From: a virus
IMG/VR virus record: IMGVR_UViG_3300040801_001572
Location: 32,001 to 96,000 of that record
Direction: 5' to 3' (one strand)
Length of the DNA stretch: 64,000 nucleotides
Positions 31,667 to 42,920 of the stretch are shown piece by piece (the first letter of the stretch is position 1; each line of letters begins with the position of its first letter). The notes below the pieces were generated by a model, which had not been told where the DNA came from, ran no database searches, and was given only the letters and a program-made list of their open reading frames with translations. The translations under genes and the position numbers were made by a program.

Positions 31667-33369
31667 TGTCTTGGAAAAAACATTTTCGACCAGTCAACTC
31701 GGTGTTGCCTGCACAGTCTAGAAACATAGACAGCTCGTATGCTAGCGCAAGCAAGTACAATTCTTGGCTGCCGGAAGTGTATGCAGGTCCGCCTGACAGA
31801 TTGCAGCGTTACAACATATACGAAACAATGAATCTGGACCATGAGATTCATGCAGCCCTAGACACTATTGCTGATTTTTCAACAGAAGAAGATAACGAGA
31901 CTAAACTTCCGTTTGTGTTTGAGTGGGGTGATGATCCTACTCCGAACGAAATGCAAATCTTAGAAAAGAGTTTGCGTCAATGGTGTATTCTGAACGAATG
32001 GAACAAGCGTATCTGGAGTATGTTCCGCGGCGTATTAATGTACGGCGACCAGTTCTTTATTCGCGACCCCGAGTCTTACAAGCTATTCTGGTGCGATCCT
32101 AACAAGGTCATGAAAGTGATTGTCAATGAAAGCGAAGGCAAGAAAATCGAGCAGTATTATATGAAAGACCTCGATTTAAACCTTAAGGATCTTGTTGCAA
32201 CTAGTATGCAGGGTGCAAACCAAGATCATTACGGATCTACTAGCTTGGTGTTTAGCCCACCGCTCAATGGCAACATGAACTATACGTCCACATATTACGC
32301 TACACCAGGTGGAGGCACAGACAGCTTCCAGACAGCAGACGAAGTAGCAGTAGATGCTAACAATGTAGTACAGGTTACCATGAGTGACGGTATGAATGCT
32401 GCATGGCCATTTGGTCTTAGCATCCTCGAATACGTATATAAAGTATATAAGCAGAAAGAACTGCTAGAAGACAGCATCCTGATTTACAGAGTACACCGTG
32501 CACCAGAACGTCGTGTGTTCTTCATTGACGTGGGTAGCATGCCACCTAACAAGGCACAGCAATACCTAGAACGTATTCGCTACGAAGTACAGCAGAAGCG
32601 TATTCCTAGCCGCACAGGCGGCGGCCAGAACATTGTTGACTCTGCATACAATCCTATGAGTATGCTAGAAGACTATTTCTTTGCTGTAACAAGCGAAGGC
32701 CGCGGATCTAAAGTAGAAACACTACCAGGCGGCGAAAACTTAGGAGATATTGACGACCTAAGATACTTTAACAACAAGATGCTACGTGCACTAGGTGTAC
32801 CTAGCAGTTACTTGCCTACTGGTCCAGAAGATGGTACAGCAAGCTATAATGACGGCAGAGTAGGCACAGCGTTTATTCAAGAATTCCGCTTTGCTAAGGT
32901 GTGTGAGCGTTATCAAAGGCACATTATTAAGCCGCTTGACGAAGAATTTAAGTTGTTCCTAAAGAAACGTGGTGTACAGATTGATAACAGCTTGTTTGAG
33001 CTGAAGTTTACTCCTCCGCAGAGCTTTAGCGAATACAGACAGCTTGAGCTTGATGCTGCACAAATCAATGTATTCGGTGCTATGTCCGAAGTGCCATATA
33101 TTTCTAAGAGATTTGCACTAAAACGTTATCTCGGACTAAGTAACACTGAAGTTTCCGAAAACGAAAAACTTTGGAAAGAAGAAAAAGGCGATCAGCCTGC
33201 AGATGATGAACCAACAGGTAATGCTGCGTTAGGAGACATTGGCATTACACCGAGTGGCATAGATAACATGGCACCAGAGGGCGGGTTCGAGGATGCAGAA
33301 GATACAGAATCTGGCGCCGAAGAGTTAGATGTTAGTCAGGACGAAATTTCTAATTTTGGAGAGGAATAA
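31666..33369 (+). CDS. Portal protein (T4 gp20-like)
   Basis: IYRVHRAPERRVFFIDVGSMP, MLEDYFF and ETLPGGENLG motifs. Confidence 0.95.
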   Translation: MSWKKHFRPVNSVLPAQSRNIDSSYASASKYNSWLPEVYAGPPDRLQRYNIYETMNLDHEIHAALDTIADFSTEEDNETKLPFVFEWGDDPTPNEMQILEKSLRQWCILNEWNKRIWSMFRGVLMYGDQFFIRDPESYKLFWCDPNKVMKVIVNESEGKKIEQYYMKDLDLNLKDLVATSMQGANQDHYGSTSLVFSPPLNGNMNYTSTYYATPGGGTDSFQTADEVAVDANNVVQVTMSDGMNAAWPFGLSILEYVYKVYKQKELLEDSILIYRVHRAPERRVFFIDVGSMPPNKAQQYLERIRYEVQQKRIPSRTGGGQNIVDSAYNPMSMLEDYFFAVTSEGRGSKVETLPGGENLGDIDDLRYFNNKMLRALGVPSSYLPTGPEDGTASYNDGRVGTAFIQEFRFAKVCERYQRHIIKPLDEEFKLFLKKRGVQIDNSLFELKFTPPQSFSEYRQLELDAAQINVFGAMSEVPYISKRFALKRYLGLSNTEVSENEKLWKEEKGDQPADDEPTGNAALGDIGITPSGIDNMAPEGGFEDAEDTESGAEELDVSQDEISNFGEE

Positions 33370-33581
33370 TGAAAGCTAGGGAAATGTTGGTGGAATTCTA
33401 CGACATGGCCAACGATGATTTGGAGCAGTGGAATTACGACGATACACGCCGACCTAGATTGACCCTAGGGCAGTTGCATAAGATGAGACTTGCTAAGGAT
33501 GCCGAGAGAGCAGATAAAGCAGATCATCTTGCATTTTTGCCTACCATGTACAATCAAAGTACTGGTTTAGAGGGTGAATAA
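33369..33581 (+). CDS. Small head-module protein
   Basis: GAGG SD; between portal and core genes. Confidence 0.6.
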   Translation: MKAREMLVEFYDMANDDLEQWNYDDTRRPRLTLGQLHKMRLAKDAERADKADHLAFLPTMYNQSTGLEGE

Positions 33582-33761
33582 ACCCAGCTAAAAAATACAG
33601 TAAAACACAAACGAAATTTTACTGAACACCGCATAAATATCACACAGGGTCGCAAAAACACCTTCTTTTTGACCCTTTTGCCCCTTCTTTTGTCTTTTTT
33701 CTATTAAATACTGTTAGATAATTTATGTATCTACATATTTCTATTAAGGAGACTGCAAGCA

Positions 33762-34694
33762 ATGTCACAACAATCAAAACTTGAGCAGATTCTTGATTTC
33801 CTAGTAAACGAGGAGACAGAAAAGGCTGAAGACCTACTGCATGATCTCGTTGTAGAAAAGGCCCGCAATATCTACGAAGAGCTAGTCAACGAAGAAGACG
33901 ACGACGAAGCTGAGATGGACGAAGAGATGGAAGAGTCTATCGGCGGAGATATGAAGCAGGACTTTGTCGGCGAAATCGAGGCTGCAAAAGAAGACATCCA
34001 AGCTGACGAACTTCAAGACGGTCACGTAAGTGAAGACGAAGATGAAGACAGCGATGACGAAGAAGAACATAGCGAACATGACTACGACGGCGACGGCGAA
34101 CATGACGATCACGAAGAAGATCACATGGACGTTGAAGACAAAGTCGAAGATCTAGAAAAAGAGCTGGAAGAGCTACGCGCAGATTTCGAACGCCTAATGG
34201 CAGACGAAATGGAAGAGCCATACCACGATGAAGAAGATTTCAACATGGATATGGACAGCGGCGAAGGCACAATGGGCGACATGGAAGACGAGATGCCAGA
34301 AGGCATGTACGAAGATGAAGCTCTTGAAGAAGCTACTAAGCTACAGCACGAAGTTCCAGGTACTGGACAGGAAACAGAGTCCGGTAAGCTAGCAGGAACA
34401 GGTGCACACTCCAAGACAGGTGCTACTGGTAAAGAAGCTCCGTATACAAATGCTCCTTCAAAGAGCGTAGACGGTTCTGATCCAGTTGATTTCACCAAAG
34501 GTACTGCACCAGAGGGCGGTAGCGCAGAATCAGCAAAAGATCACACACCTAGCTCAAACATCGACGAAAATCCGTCCGATGTTAGCCACGGTGAACAAAC
34601 AGCTGAAGGCGACTTTGTAGGAACAGGTAAGGGGTCTAAGAAAGGTGCAACAAACACCGATAGCCCACTTACTGATGCTCCTAAGAAGCCGTAA
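33762..34694 (+). CDS. Acidic prohead core/scaffold-like protein
   Basis: Extremely D/E-rich; AAGGAG SD; between portal and protease. Confidence 0.6.
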   Translation: MSQQSKLEQILDFLVNEETEKAEDLLHDLVVEKARNIYEELVNEEDDDEAEMDEEMEESIGGDMKQDFVGEIEAAKEDIQADELQDGHVSEDEDEDSDDEEEHSEHDYDGDGEHDDHEEDHMDVEDKVEDLEKELEELRADFERLMADEMEEPYHDEEDFNMDMDSGEGTMGDMEDEMPEGMYEDEALEEATKLQHEVPGTGQETESGKLAGTGAHSKTGATGKEAPYTNAPSKSVDGSDPVDFTKGTAPEGGSAESAKDHTPSSNIDENPSDVSHGEQTAEGDFVGTGKGSKKGATNTDSPLTDAPKKP

Positions 34695-34705
34695 CGGTGA
34701 GGTAA

Positions 34706-35344
34706 GTGGTGGCGAACAAGCTGTATGAATACTTGAACTTTGATACTGCTCATTGTGTGTTGGAAGAATCTGACAACGGCAAGGGCGGAAAAGATCTTTT
34801 CATGAAAGGGATCTTTATTCAGGGTGACGTTCGTAATCAGAACCAGCGTGTTTATCCACTGAGAGAGATCAATCAAGCAGTTAACATCATCAATGAGAAA
34901 ATCAACGGTGGTGAACCTGTACTAGGTGAACTTGATCACCCTGAAGAGTTATCAATCAACCTCGATCGTGTATCACACATGATCACTGAGATGTGGATGG
35001 ATGGCAACGATGGGTACGGTAAGCTTAAGATTGTTCCTACTCCGTGCGGAGAAATTGCAAGGACATTGCTACATTCGGGAGCGAAACTAGGTGTTAGCTC
35101 CCGTGGTTCTGGCAATGTTGATGACTCCGGTGCTGTGAGTGATTTCGAAATAGTCACAGTTGATATCGTAGCGCAACCGAGCGCGCCAGATGCTTATCCA
35201 CGCACAATTTACGAGAGCCTATTTAACATGAAAGGTGGTTCTCAGATCTTAGAGACAGCACGTGGTGTTGTCCATAATGATCCATATGCACAGAAACACT
35301 TACAGAAAGACATTATCAAGTTTATTAACGAACTTAAAATTTAA
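34706..35344 (+). CDS. Prohead protease (T4 gp21-like)
   Basis: NQNQRVYP, GELDHP, LGVSSRGSG and DIVAQPSAPDA motifs. Confidence 0.93.
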   Translation: MVANKLYEYLNFDTAHCVLEESDNGKGGKDLFMKGIFIQGDVRNQNQRVYPLREINQAVNIINEKINGGEPVLGELDHPEELSINLDRVSHMITEMWMDGNDGYGKLKIVPTPCGEIARTLLHSGAKLGVSSRGSGNVDDSGAVSDFEIVTVDIVAQPSAPDAYPRTIYESLFNMKGGSQILETARGVVHNDPYAQKHLQKDIIKFINELKI

Positions 35345-35358
35345 GGGAGAAACTCAAG

Positions 35359-36480
35359 ATGCCAAAGGATATCAACAAAGTCTTGAGTGAGAGCGCAAGT
35401 CTAACAGAGGAGCAGCAGGCTCAGATTAGCGAAGCATGGGAAGCAAAGCTTGAAGAAGCTCGCGAAGAAGTTACAGCCCAGCTACGTGAAGAGTATGCAA
35501 AAAAGTACGAGCACGATAAAGGTGTTCTTGCTGAAGCAGTAGATCAGTTCCTCACTGATAAGATTCGCGTTGAACTCGAAGAATTTGCCGAAGACAAGAA
35601 GGCACTTGTCGCAGAACGCATTGCGTACAAAGGCAAGATTACAGAACACACTGAGCTCCTAAACAAGTTCATCACAGAAGCAGTTGCAAAGGAAGTAAAA
35701 GAACTACATTCAGACAAGGCGCGCATGTCAGAGAGCATGAAGCAGCTTGAAAATTTTGTTCTTAAGCAACTAGCAGAAGAGATTCGCGAATTCCGTTCGG
35801 ATAAGCGCGAGCTTGTTGAGCAAAAAGTTAAGATGGTTGCAGAGGGCAAGGAGAAGTTGGCCGAAACCAAGAAGCAATTTATCAAACGTGCTGCTAAGGT
35901 TGTTGAAGAAAACATCAACAAGGTTCTTAGAACTGAAATTGATCAATTCAAAGATGACATCAAGTTTGCACGTGAAAATGAGTTTGGTCGTCGCATGTTT
36001 GAGGCTTTCGTTGGCGAGTACATGACTTCACACCTAAATGAAGGTACTGAAGTTAGCAAGCTAGTTAAAGTTATCGAAGCGAAGGACGCAGAGATTAATG
36101 CATTGTCTACATCTGTTTCAGAGAAGGCGAAAATTGCAGAAGGTCTTGAGTCTCAGCTTAATGTGGCAAAAGATCGAATTAACAGAACTAAAGTAATGTC
36201 CGAACTACTGTCTCCACTTTCTAACGAAAAGAAAGCAGTAATGAAAGACTTACTTGAATCAGTACAGACACAAGATCTTGAAAAGCAGTACAACAAGTAT
36301 CTACCTGCTGTACTAAACGAAACGGCTGTTCCTCAGAAGAAAGCAAAAACACTCACAGAGAACAAAAAACTTTCTGAAAGAACAGGAAACAGGGCTACTG
36401 ATAAAGCCCTCCAAGAGAGCATCGACAATGAGACCAAGTCTCAGCTTGACGAGATTAGGGCTCTTGCAGGTTTAAAATAA
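35359..36480 (+). CDS. Prohead scaffolding protein (T4 gp22-like)
   Basis: Coiled-coil composition; between protease and capsid genes. Confidence 0.8.
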   Translation: MPKDINKVLSESASLTEEQQAQISEAWEAKLEEAREEVTAQLREEYAKKYEHDKGVLAEAVDQFLTDKIRVELEEFAEDKKALVAERIAYKGKITEHTELLNKFITEAVAKEVKELHSDKARMSESMKQLENFVLKQLAEEIREFRSDKRELVEQKVKMVAEGKEKLAETKKQFIKRAAKVVEENINKVLRTEIDQFKDDIKFARENEFGRRMFEAFVGEYMTSHLNEGTEVSKLVKVIEAKDAEINALSTSVSEKAKIAEGLESQLNVAKDRINRTKVMSELLSPLSNEKKAVMKDLLESVQTQDLEKQYNKYLPAVLNETAVPQKKAKTLTENKKLSERTGNRATDKALQESIDNETKSQLDEIRALAGLK

Positions 36481-36495
36481 TAGGAGAATAAAACA

Positions 36496-37698
36496 ATGGC
36501 AAATAAGCTATTTGAAAGCAACTGGGGTGCTACCAAGGACGCTCTTCTTGAAGGCCTTGACGGTTCCCGCAGATCAACAATGGAAACTGTACTTGAGAAC
36601 GCTCGTAAGCACATGAGCAACAACGTGCTAACAGAATCCGCTACAGGCGGCGCAACTCAAGCAGGTAACATTGCAGTACTTAACAAGGTAATGCTTCCGC
36701 TGATCCGACGTGTTATGCCTACTGTTATTGCTAACGAAATCATGGGTGTTCAGCCTATGACTGGTCCTGTTGGCCAGATCCACACTCTACGTGTTCGTTA
36801 CGCTGACAGCAAAGCTGGCCTAACAGCTGGTACAGAAGCACTATCTCCGTTCGAACTAGCTCGCGCTTACTCCGGTAACGAAGTAGCTAACGGCGGAACA
36901 AACCCTGCACCAGGTGCGGCACAGACAGCAATGCTAGAAGGCCTACCAGGTAACAGACTAAGCATCCAGATCTTGAAAGAGACTGTTGAAGCTAAGTCTC
37001 GTAAACTAAGCGCTCGTTGGACTTTCGAAGCTGCTCAAGACGCTAACGCTATTCACGGTGTTGACGTTGAAGCTGAGATCATGCAGGCGCTAGCACAAGA
37101 GATCACTGTTGAGATCGACCAGGAAATGCTACAAAACCTACGTAACCTAGTTCCAGTTGCTCCGGTAACTTTCGACCAGGGTGCGGTAAGTGGTACTGCT
37201 ACTTACGTTGGTGACGAGCACGCCGCTCTAGCGGTACTGATCAACCAACAGGCGAACCTAATCGCTGCACGTACACGTCGTGGCGCTGCTAACTGGGCGG
37301 TTGTATCCCCAACCACTCTAACTATCATGCAGTCTGCTACTACTTCTACTTTTGCACGTACAACTGAAGGTACTTTTGAAGCACCTACAAACACCAAGTT
37401 TGTTGGTACTCTAAACAGCACCATGCGTGTATACGTAGACCAGTACGCTGCTGACGATGAAGCGGTTCTTATTGGTTACAAAGGTCCTACTGAGACTGAT
37501 GCTGCGGCATACTACTGCCCATACATTCCTCTAATGAGCACCGGTCCTGTAATGGATCCAGACACCTTCGAGCCAGTGGTTAGCTTTATGACCCGTTACG
37601 GTTATCTAGAGCTTACTAACACTGCTAACAGCTTCGGTAACGCAGCTGACTATCTAAGCAAGGTTGGTATCAACTCCGCTAACTTGAAGTTCCTCTAA
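36496..37698 (+). CDS. Major capsid protein (T4 gp23-like)
   Basis: GVQPMTGPVGQI, EAKSRKLSARWT.E.AQD, YCPYIPL and TRYG motifs; strong codon bias. Confidence 0.96.
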   Translation: MANKLFESNWGATKDALLEGLDGSRRSTMETVLENARKHMSNNVLTESATGGATQAGNIAVLNKVMLPLIRRVMPTVIANEIMGVQPMTGPVGQIHTLRVRYADSKAGLTAGTEALSPFELARAYSGNEVANGGTNPAPGAAQTAMLEGLPGNRLSIQILKETVEAKSRKLSARWTFEAAQDANAIHGVDVEAEIMQALAQEITVEIDQEMLQNLRNLVPVAPVTFDQGAVSGTATYVGDEHAALAVLINQQANLIAARTRRGAANWAVVSPTTLTIMQSATTSTFARTTEGTFEAPTNTKFVGTLNSTMRVYVDQYAADDEAVLIGYKGPTETDAAAYYCPYIPLMSTGPVMDPDTFEPVVSFMTRYGYLELTNTANSFGNAADYLSKVGINSANLKFL

Positions 37699-37724
37699 TC
37701 GTAAGATTAGTAACCTTAATAGAG

Positions 37725-37752
37725 AAAGCGCTCCTTATGGGGCGCTTTTTTT
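37725..37752 (+). terminator. Intrinsic terminator after the capsid gene
   Basis: AAAGCGCTCC-TTAT-GGGGCGCTTT plus T run. Confidence 0.8.
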
Positions 37753-37820
37753 ATGCCCGCTAAATTTTATCCAAAATCTTGATAAATACTGAAAACATCC
37801 ATTTCTTAGGACAGAGTTAG

Positions 37821-40514
37821 ATGACGGATATCCATCGTTCACAAAGTGGCAATGTAGAATGGGCCGCAACACCAGATGCATTAGGTTTACCTAGAGACCT
37901 AGAAGGGTTATTCCTTGGTAATCTAGAAGTGCAAGGGACTATTACAGTTGAGGACATTACTTCAACTACAGACCTTACTATTGATCCAACCGGAGATCTT
38001 ATACTAAAGGGCGGAGTAACTTTTCCCCCGACTGCTGGCGCCAGTGGTGAAGTCCTTACTCTTGTCGATAACATGGGCACAACTGCTTGGCAACCAGGCG
38101 GCGGTGGCGGATCTACTAACTTCATTGGCTTAACTGACACACCTGGCACCTATGCAGGCCAATCTGGTTTTGCAGTAGTTGTCAATGGTGCTGAAGATGG
38201 ATTAGAGTTTGTATCACTAGCAGGCGGCACAACAGATTTCACAGGCTTAACTGATACACCAGCTAACTATACCGGCGCAGCATTAACGCTGGTTAGAGTA
38301 AACGCAGGACAGACTGCACTAGAATTTGGAGCAGACCTAAGTAACCTAGACGACGTGAGTGCATCTGTACCAAACGATGGCGATGTACTAACCTGGAACA
38401 ACACAGGCAGTACATGGGAACCTTCTGCTCCAACTGGCGGCGCCAGTGATTTTGTAAGCTTAACTGATACCCCGGCTAACTACTCGGGCGCAAGCGGGCT
38501 GTTTGTCCGTGTAAATGTAGGCGAAACCGGGTTAGAATTCGTGGCAGGAAGCGGTAGTGGACTCAACGACGTAGTCGACGACCTTACCCCGCAATTAGGC
38601 GGTGATTTAGACGTAAACGGCTTTGATATTATAAGTGTGTCGGGCAACGATATTAATCTTCTTCCTGACAGCGGAATCGTTAACTTGGGAACTGCAGGCG
38701 ATGCAACAATTTCTAGTGACCCAGGCAGCGAATTAATACTTGAATCGGGCACAGGTACAGTTACTATAGGTTCGAGCGGCACTGCAATTATTACATCAGA
38801 TCCAGCAGAAGACTTAGAACTAACTCCTGGTGCAACACTAGTGCTAGACGGATTAAACTGGCCAACAGCAGATGGAACAAATGGTCAAGTACTAACTACA
38901 GACGGAGCCGGTACACTAAGCTTTACCACAGTAGCAGGCGGTAGTGGACTCAACGACGTAGTCGACGACCTTACCCCGCAACTAGGCGGAAATCTAGATG
39001 TGAATGGCCAAAGTATTGTCTCTGTTAGTAATGGCAATATTGATATTACTCCAGACGGCTCCGGTCAAATCACATTCGGCGGCAACCCAGTGTTGATTAC
39101 TACAGGTGCAATGCAGCTAGAGTCCGGAACTGATTTTGATGTTGTCGCTGGCGCCGGTGACCTATCTCTATCGAGCGGCGGAGGAGCAGGCCAAGATATT
39201 AATCTTTTTGCAGGCGCTCTCGGTAACATGAATTTCGACAACGGGTCTGGTGTCACACCATTTGTTATTGTGCCGACTGCATCTGGTGCAAACGCTCTGC
39301 AACTTGCAGCCGGAACAACAGGCAACGGACCGACTTTATCTGCAACAGGTGAAACTAACAGCGATATTGTTATCCTTCCTGCAGGAACAGGTGTTATTAG
39401 TGTAGCAGGTACCACTGATTACGAAAACAACGTAACCGACGACGACGATATTCCTAACAAGAAGTACGTTGACGACGAAATTGCTGCTATTTCTGCGGGC
39501 AACCAAATTAGCCAATTAGACTCTAGCGTAACAGTTACTGACACAGGCTCTGATGGTACCATTACCACTGTTGCAGATAGCACCACAATGATGACCACAA
39601 CATCGACTGGTACCACATTTAATACCGGTACTGTTAGTGTTACAGCACTTGATGGTGTCACAGGCGAAGCAGGCAATGCGTTAAACGGTGCCGATGATGG
39701 CACACTAACGTATGTTGATGGTTCTGGAACACTAACATTGATGAGTGGCGTTTGGTATGGCGATTCCGGCAAAGGTGGACCTGTCGTAGGATTCGACGGA
39801 GGTGAAATACATTTCGCTGCTGCAACGAACGACGGACTGACAATTAACAACACCGGTATTCAGGGAAGCAGCCAACAAAACTTAATACTAGAAGCAAACA
39901 GTACATTTGATCTGTTTATCCAGTCTAACACTGGTGACATCATCCAGAGAGTAAATGGTGATGTCGTGCTAAGGTTGTCTAATCCGAGCAACGAAACAGT
40001 AAACGGTTTGCAGATTGACGGTGCTATCACCGGAAACAATCCTACTATCAGCATTGAAAACACACTTAACACACCAGACACTAATGTCGATATTGTTATT
40101 GTTCCAAATGGAACAGGTGTTATTAGTGTAGCTGGCACAACCAACTACGAAGATAACGTAACTGACGACGACGATATTCCTAACAAGGCGTATGTCGATC
40201 CTACTGTGCAAGCAGGCGGCACAGTAACCGCTAACACAGATTTTGATCCTGATAGCGGTACAGAAATTCATTGGACATTCGGCGCAGCAGCTACAGCAGA
40301 AGTTGGTTTTGCAGCATCTAGTATACCTTCTACAGAAGTCACAATGGAAGTTACAAATGGTGGGCAAGGCACACTTACTTGGGGCTCAGAAATACAGTGG
40401 GCAGGCGGTACTGCACCTACACTAACAGCAGCAGGAACTGACTTGTTAAAATTCTGGACTAGAGATAGTGGTACTACTTGGATAGGCTGGACTGTAGCTC
40501 TTAACGTAAGTTAA
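37821..40514 (+). CDS. Fibre-like virion structural protein with internal repeats
   Basis: Gly/Thr-rich; repeats FxGLTDTP (3x), DxTPQLGGxLDVNG (2x), DDDDIPNK (2x); late TAAATA upstream. Confidence 0.7.
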   Translation: MTDIHRSQSGNVEWAATPDALGLPRDLEGLFLGNLEVQGTITVEDITSTTDLTIDPTGDLILKGGVTFPPTAGASGEVLTLVDNMGTTAWQPGGGGGSTNFIGLTDTPGTYAGQSGFAVVVNGAEDGLEFVSLAGGTTDFTGLTDTPANYTGAALTLVRVNAGQTALEFGADLSNLDDVSASVPNDGDVLTWNNTGSTWEPSAPTGGASDFVSLTDTPANYSGASGLFVRVNVGETGLEFVAGSGSGLNDVVDDLTPQLGGDLDVNGFDIISVSGNDINLLPDSGIVNLGTAGDATISSDPGSELILESGTGTVTIGSSGTAIITSDPAEDLELTPGATLVLDGLNWPTADGTNGQVLTTDGAGTLSFTTVAGGSGLNDVVDDLTPQLGGNLDVNGQSIVSVSNGNIDITPDGSGQITFGGNPVLITTGAMQLESGTDFDVVAGAGDLSLSSGGGAGQDINLFAGALGNMNFDNGSGVTPFVIVPTASGANALQLAAGTTGNGPTLSATGETNSDIVILPAGTGVISVAGTTDYENNVTDDDDIPNKKYVDDEIAAISAGNQISQLDSSVTVTDTGSDGTITTVADSTTMMTTTSTGTTFNTGTVSVTALDGVTGEAGNALNGADDGTLTYVDGSGTLTLMSGVWYGDSGKGGPVVGFDGGEIHFAAATNDGLTINNTGIQGSSQQNLILEANSTFDLFIQSNTGDIIQRVNGDVVLRLSNPSNETVNGLQIDGAITGNNPTISIENTLNTPDTNVDIVIVPNGTGVISVAGTTNYEDNVTDDDDIPNKAYVDPTVQAGGTVTANTDFDPDSGTEIHWTFGAAATAEVGFAASSIPSTEVTMEVTNGGQGTLTWGSEIQWAGGTAPTLTAAGTDLLKFWTRDSGTTWIGWTVALNVS
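38551..38981 (+). repeat. Exact ~44-bp direct repeat in the fibre gene (38551-38594 and 38938-38981)
   Basis: GCGGTAGTGGACTCAACGACGTAGTCGACGACCTTACCCCGCAA twice. Confidence 0.8.
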
Positions 40515-41026
40515 TATCTACAATCTTTCATCATTTCAAACACTTCGATATAATGTCTGAATTTAGTCTTAACATTCTGTAGAATGTTTAAGTACTCGAG
40601 TTTTTCGCTTTCTTTTTTGTTGTAGTGCTCGATTTGAAATTCAGTGATAACTTGGCAATCTTCTTTTAAGTCTCTTATCAATTCATCGACCCATCTGTGG
40701 TCTTTGAACTGATCGATTAGCCAAACACAAAAATCGTTTTCTTCGTCGTACTTGAATAATACTTCTTGTAGATTCTGATATAGTGCATCAACGGGATTAA
40801 TTGATCTTCTATAATCTGCTAGGATGGTAGGGTATCTATATTTTGTATTCTTGCTGTTAAGATTATTAAGCAATCGATTGTAATTGTCGAAAAAGCTATT
40901 CGGTCGACATGAAGTGTTACGACATTTGCTACCCACGGCAATAGAACGCTGTTCTTGATTTTCATCAGCGGCACGTTCTCTTAATCGTTTTTGTGCTTCC
41001 AGGAAGCAAATGATCTTAGCACTCAT
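40511..41026 (-). CDS. Hypothetical protein, leaderless late gene
   Basis: TAAATA + 5 nt + ATG on the minus strand. Confidence 0.65.
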   Translation of the reverse strand: MSAKIICFLEAQKRLRERAADENQEQRSIAVGSKCRNTSCRPNSFFDNYNRLLNNLNSKNTKYRYPTILADYRRSINPVDALYQNLQEVLFKYDEENDFCVWLIDQFKDHRWVDELIRDLKEDCQVITEFQIEHYNKKESEKLEYLNILQNVKTKFRHYIEVFEMMKDCRY

Positions 41027-41041
41027 GCTAATATTTAGCTG

Positions 41042-41491
41042 TTATTTGTGTTGCTCTAAGATCATGTGGAGTTTTTCTACCGATTTTTTCTTGCAAAGTG
41101 ACTGTTTTGCACCACTGTGCATTGGTTTAGGCCATACACCTAATTTTGTCCAAGCATAGCCAACAGCTTCCTGGTTGATGTCGGGTGTAAACTCACTGTC
41201 AACTACACATACGAATGTGTAATAACGAAAGTGGCCATCTTTTGATTCGTATATATCAAACGGATAGAATTTTTCAATGTCCGGAACAAACCCGATCTCT
41301 TCGTCAAGTTCTCGCAGCAAAGTCTCTTTAGGGGTTTCTCCTGATTCCATCATACCTCCCCATAGACTCCAGCACAGGCTATGTGTTTTATAGGGTGCTC
41401 TTAGATTAAGCATGACGCGAGAAGTTTTAGAGCAAAGAAAGATTGCACCAACTCCGGTCTTTTCTGTTTCTTTCATGTTAGCACTGATCAC
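41042..41491 (-). CDS. Nudix hydrolase
   Basis: GGMMESGETPKETLLRELDEEIG Nudix box. Confidence 0.9.
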   Translation of the reverse strand: MISANMKETEKTGVGAIFLCSKTSRVMLNLRAPYKTHSLCWSLWGGMMESGETPKETLLRELDEEIGFVPDIEKFYPFDIYESKDGHFRYYTFVCVVDSEFTPDINQEAVGYAWTKLGVWPKPMHSGAKQSLCKKKSVEKLHMILEQHK

Positions 41492-42920
41492 TTGGACTCT
41501 GGTCCAAAGGATCTCCGTTATCTGTACTTGTTGCTAGATTTTCTACTCTCCAGTAGCCCGGGAAATATTCTCCCAGGTATGTGAACACCCAGCCATCGTC
41601 TGTAAATTTATAATGGTTAAGCGATGAAAGATTTACAACGTATTGATCTGTATTTTCAGTTTGGCTGTTGAAACTCACAAACCAACGAGTTCCGTCGTAT
41701 TCGATGATGTCGTTCTCGTTTGCACGTATAATTCCCCAAGGAGAATTTGCAGCATCGGGTGTTGCAGCTTCTTCGCCGTTTGTTAGATCACTAACTAGCA
41801 AATATCTTTGCCCTGGAGCAGAGGCAGGAAGTTCTTTACCTGGCAATTTCTTGTGCGGGTCTACAATTGCATCAATTGCAGGAATCGTACTAGGCAAAGT
41901 ATCTTCATCAACTGTGAAGGTTAAAATGTTCGGTCTGGAGTCGTCATATGCTACTGTGCCCAGTATGTCCGAATCGAAGTTTTCGATATCGTCGTCGAGC
42001 TTGAGTCTAATCCGCGTCTCGTTGTCTTGCAGATTACCGTATGCTTCAAACAAGCTCCTCCAACTGAGAGTAGGATCTGCTACTCCGTGTTTAGTGAGAA
42101 GTATAATTTCGTTGTTTGCGATTCCGTCTGTGCCTACGCCGATTCTAAAGTTACCAGGCGTAACGATGCATTGTGCTAATCTTCCTCCTAAGCAACCAAA
42201 TGGATCGTATATGCTCTCGTCAAAGTCGTCAGGATCAATTGCATTTACATCGTGCATGTTAGTCACAATCTGTTCGATTATCTTAATGTGCTTAACTTTA
42301 GCAGGCGGATTAATCCAAATTGGTATTTTAAACTGCATACTTGCAACATCTCTGTCTGCTTCGGTGCCTTGCGGTATACCTCTGTTGCTCCAATTGATGT
42401 CAACTAGTTCTAATTCGAATATGCTAGTCCAGTCAAATTTGTTTGAGTTTTGTTGTAGCTGCACCATCGGGTTAAAGATAGTCATCAGTTGCTCTAAAAT
42501 TTGTAGCTTAGTTGTGGTCGTAGTTGTCCATATATCTAGCTGCATAGTTAAGTCGTAAGGAACAGGCATGTAACGTTCGATAGTATAGCGATTACCGACT
42601 TCGTTGCCGTACTCGCCGTTTTCAAAGCTGCGTTCTATCGCATTAATCTTGCTTTCAAACGCAGGATCCTGTCTTCGCTGTGGAGCCAGTTCTAAGTTTG
42701 CAATCCATGCAGCCATCATTGGACTAGGCAGAACTGTGTTTTCGCTTTGTCCTTTAATGATCTGAGAAACCATCCAAGAAGGATCACCGTATACAATTGG
42801 CACACGAGTTTGGACCAGTGTACCTTCATCTAAGCTGCCAGATTCTATCTTGACATCACTGAACGCACGGATGAACTGAAGTAAGTAACGCCTTACTTGA
42901 CCATCATAGTGAAAATCCAT
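41478..42920 (-). CDS. Tail completion / sheath stabiliser (T4 gp15-like)
   Basis: RVPIVYG, PVPYDL and QILEQL...FNP motifs. Confidence 0.8.
   Translation of the reverse strand: MDFHYDGQVRRYLLQFIRAFSDVKIESGSLDEGTLVQTRVPIVYGDPSWMVSQIIKGQSENTVLPSPMMAAWIANLELAPQRRQDPAFESKINAIERSFENGEYGNEVGNRYTIERYMPVPYDLTMQLDIWTTTTTTKLQILEQLMTIFNPMVQLQQNSNKFDWTSIFELELVDINWSNRGIPQGTEADRDVASMQFKIPIWINPPAKVKHIKIIEQIVTNMHDVNAIDPDDFDESIYDPFGCLGGRLAQCIVTPGNFRIGVGTDGIANNEIILLTKHGVADPTLSWRSLFEAYGNLQDNETRIRLKLDDDIENFDSDILGTVAYDDSRPNILTFTVDEDTLPSTIPAIDAIVDPHKKLPGKELPASAPGQRYLLVSDLTNGEEAATPDAANSPWGIIRANENDIIEYDGTRWFVSFNSQTENTDQYVVNLSSLNHYKFTDDGWVFTYLGEYFPGYWRVENLATSTDNGDPLDQSPSDQC

Noticed and set aside
41668-42558. 296-aa antisense ORF and similar shadow ORFs opposite structural genes
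   Set aside because: Explained by codon bias of the sense gene; no SD or recognisable motifs.
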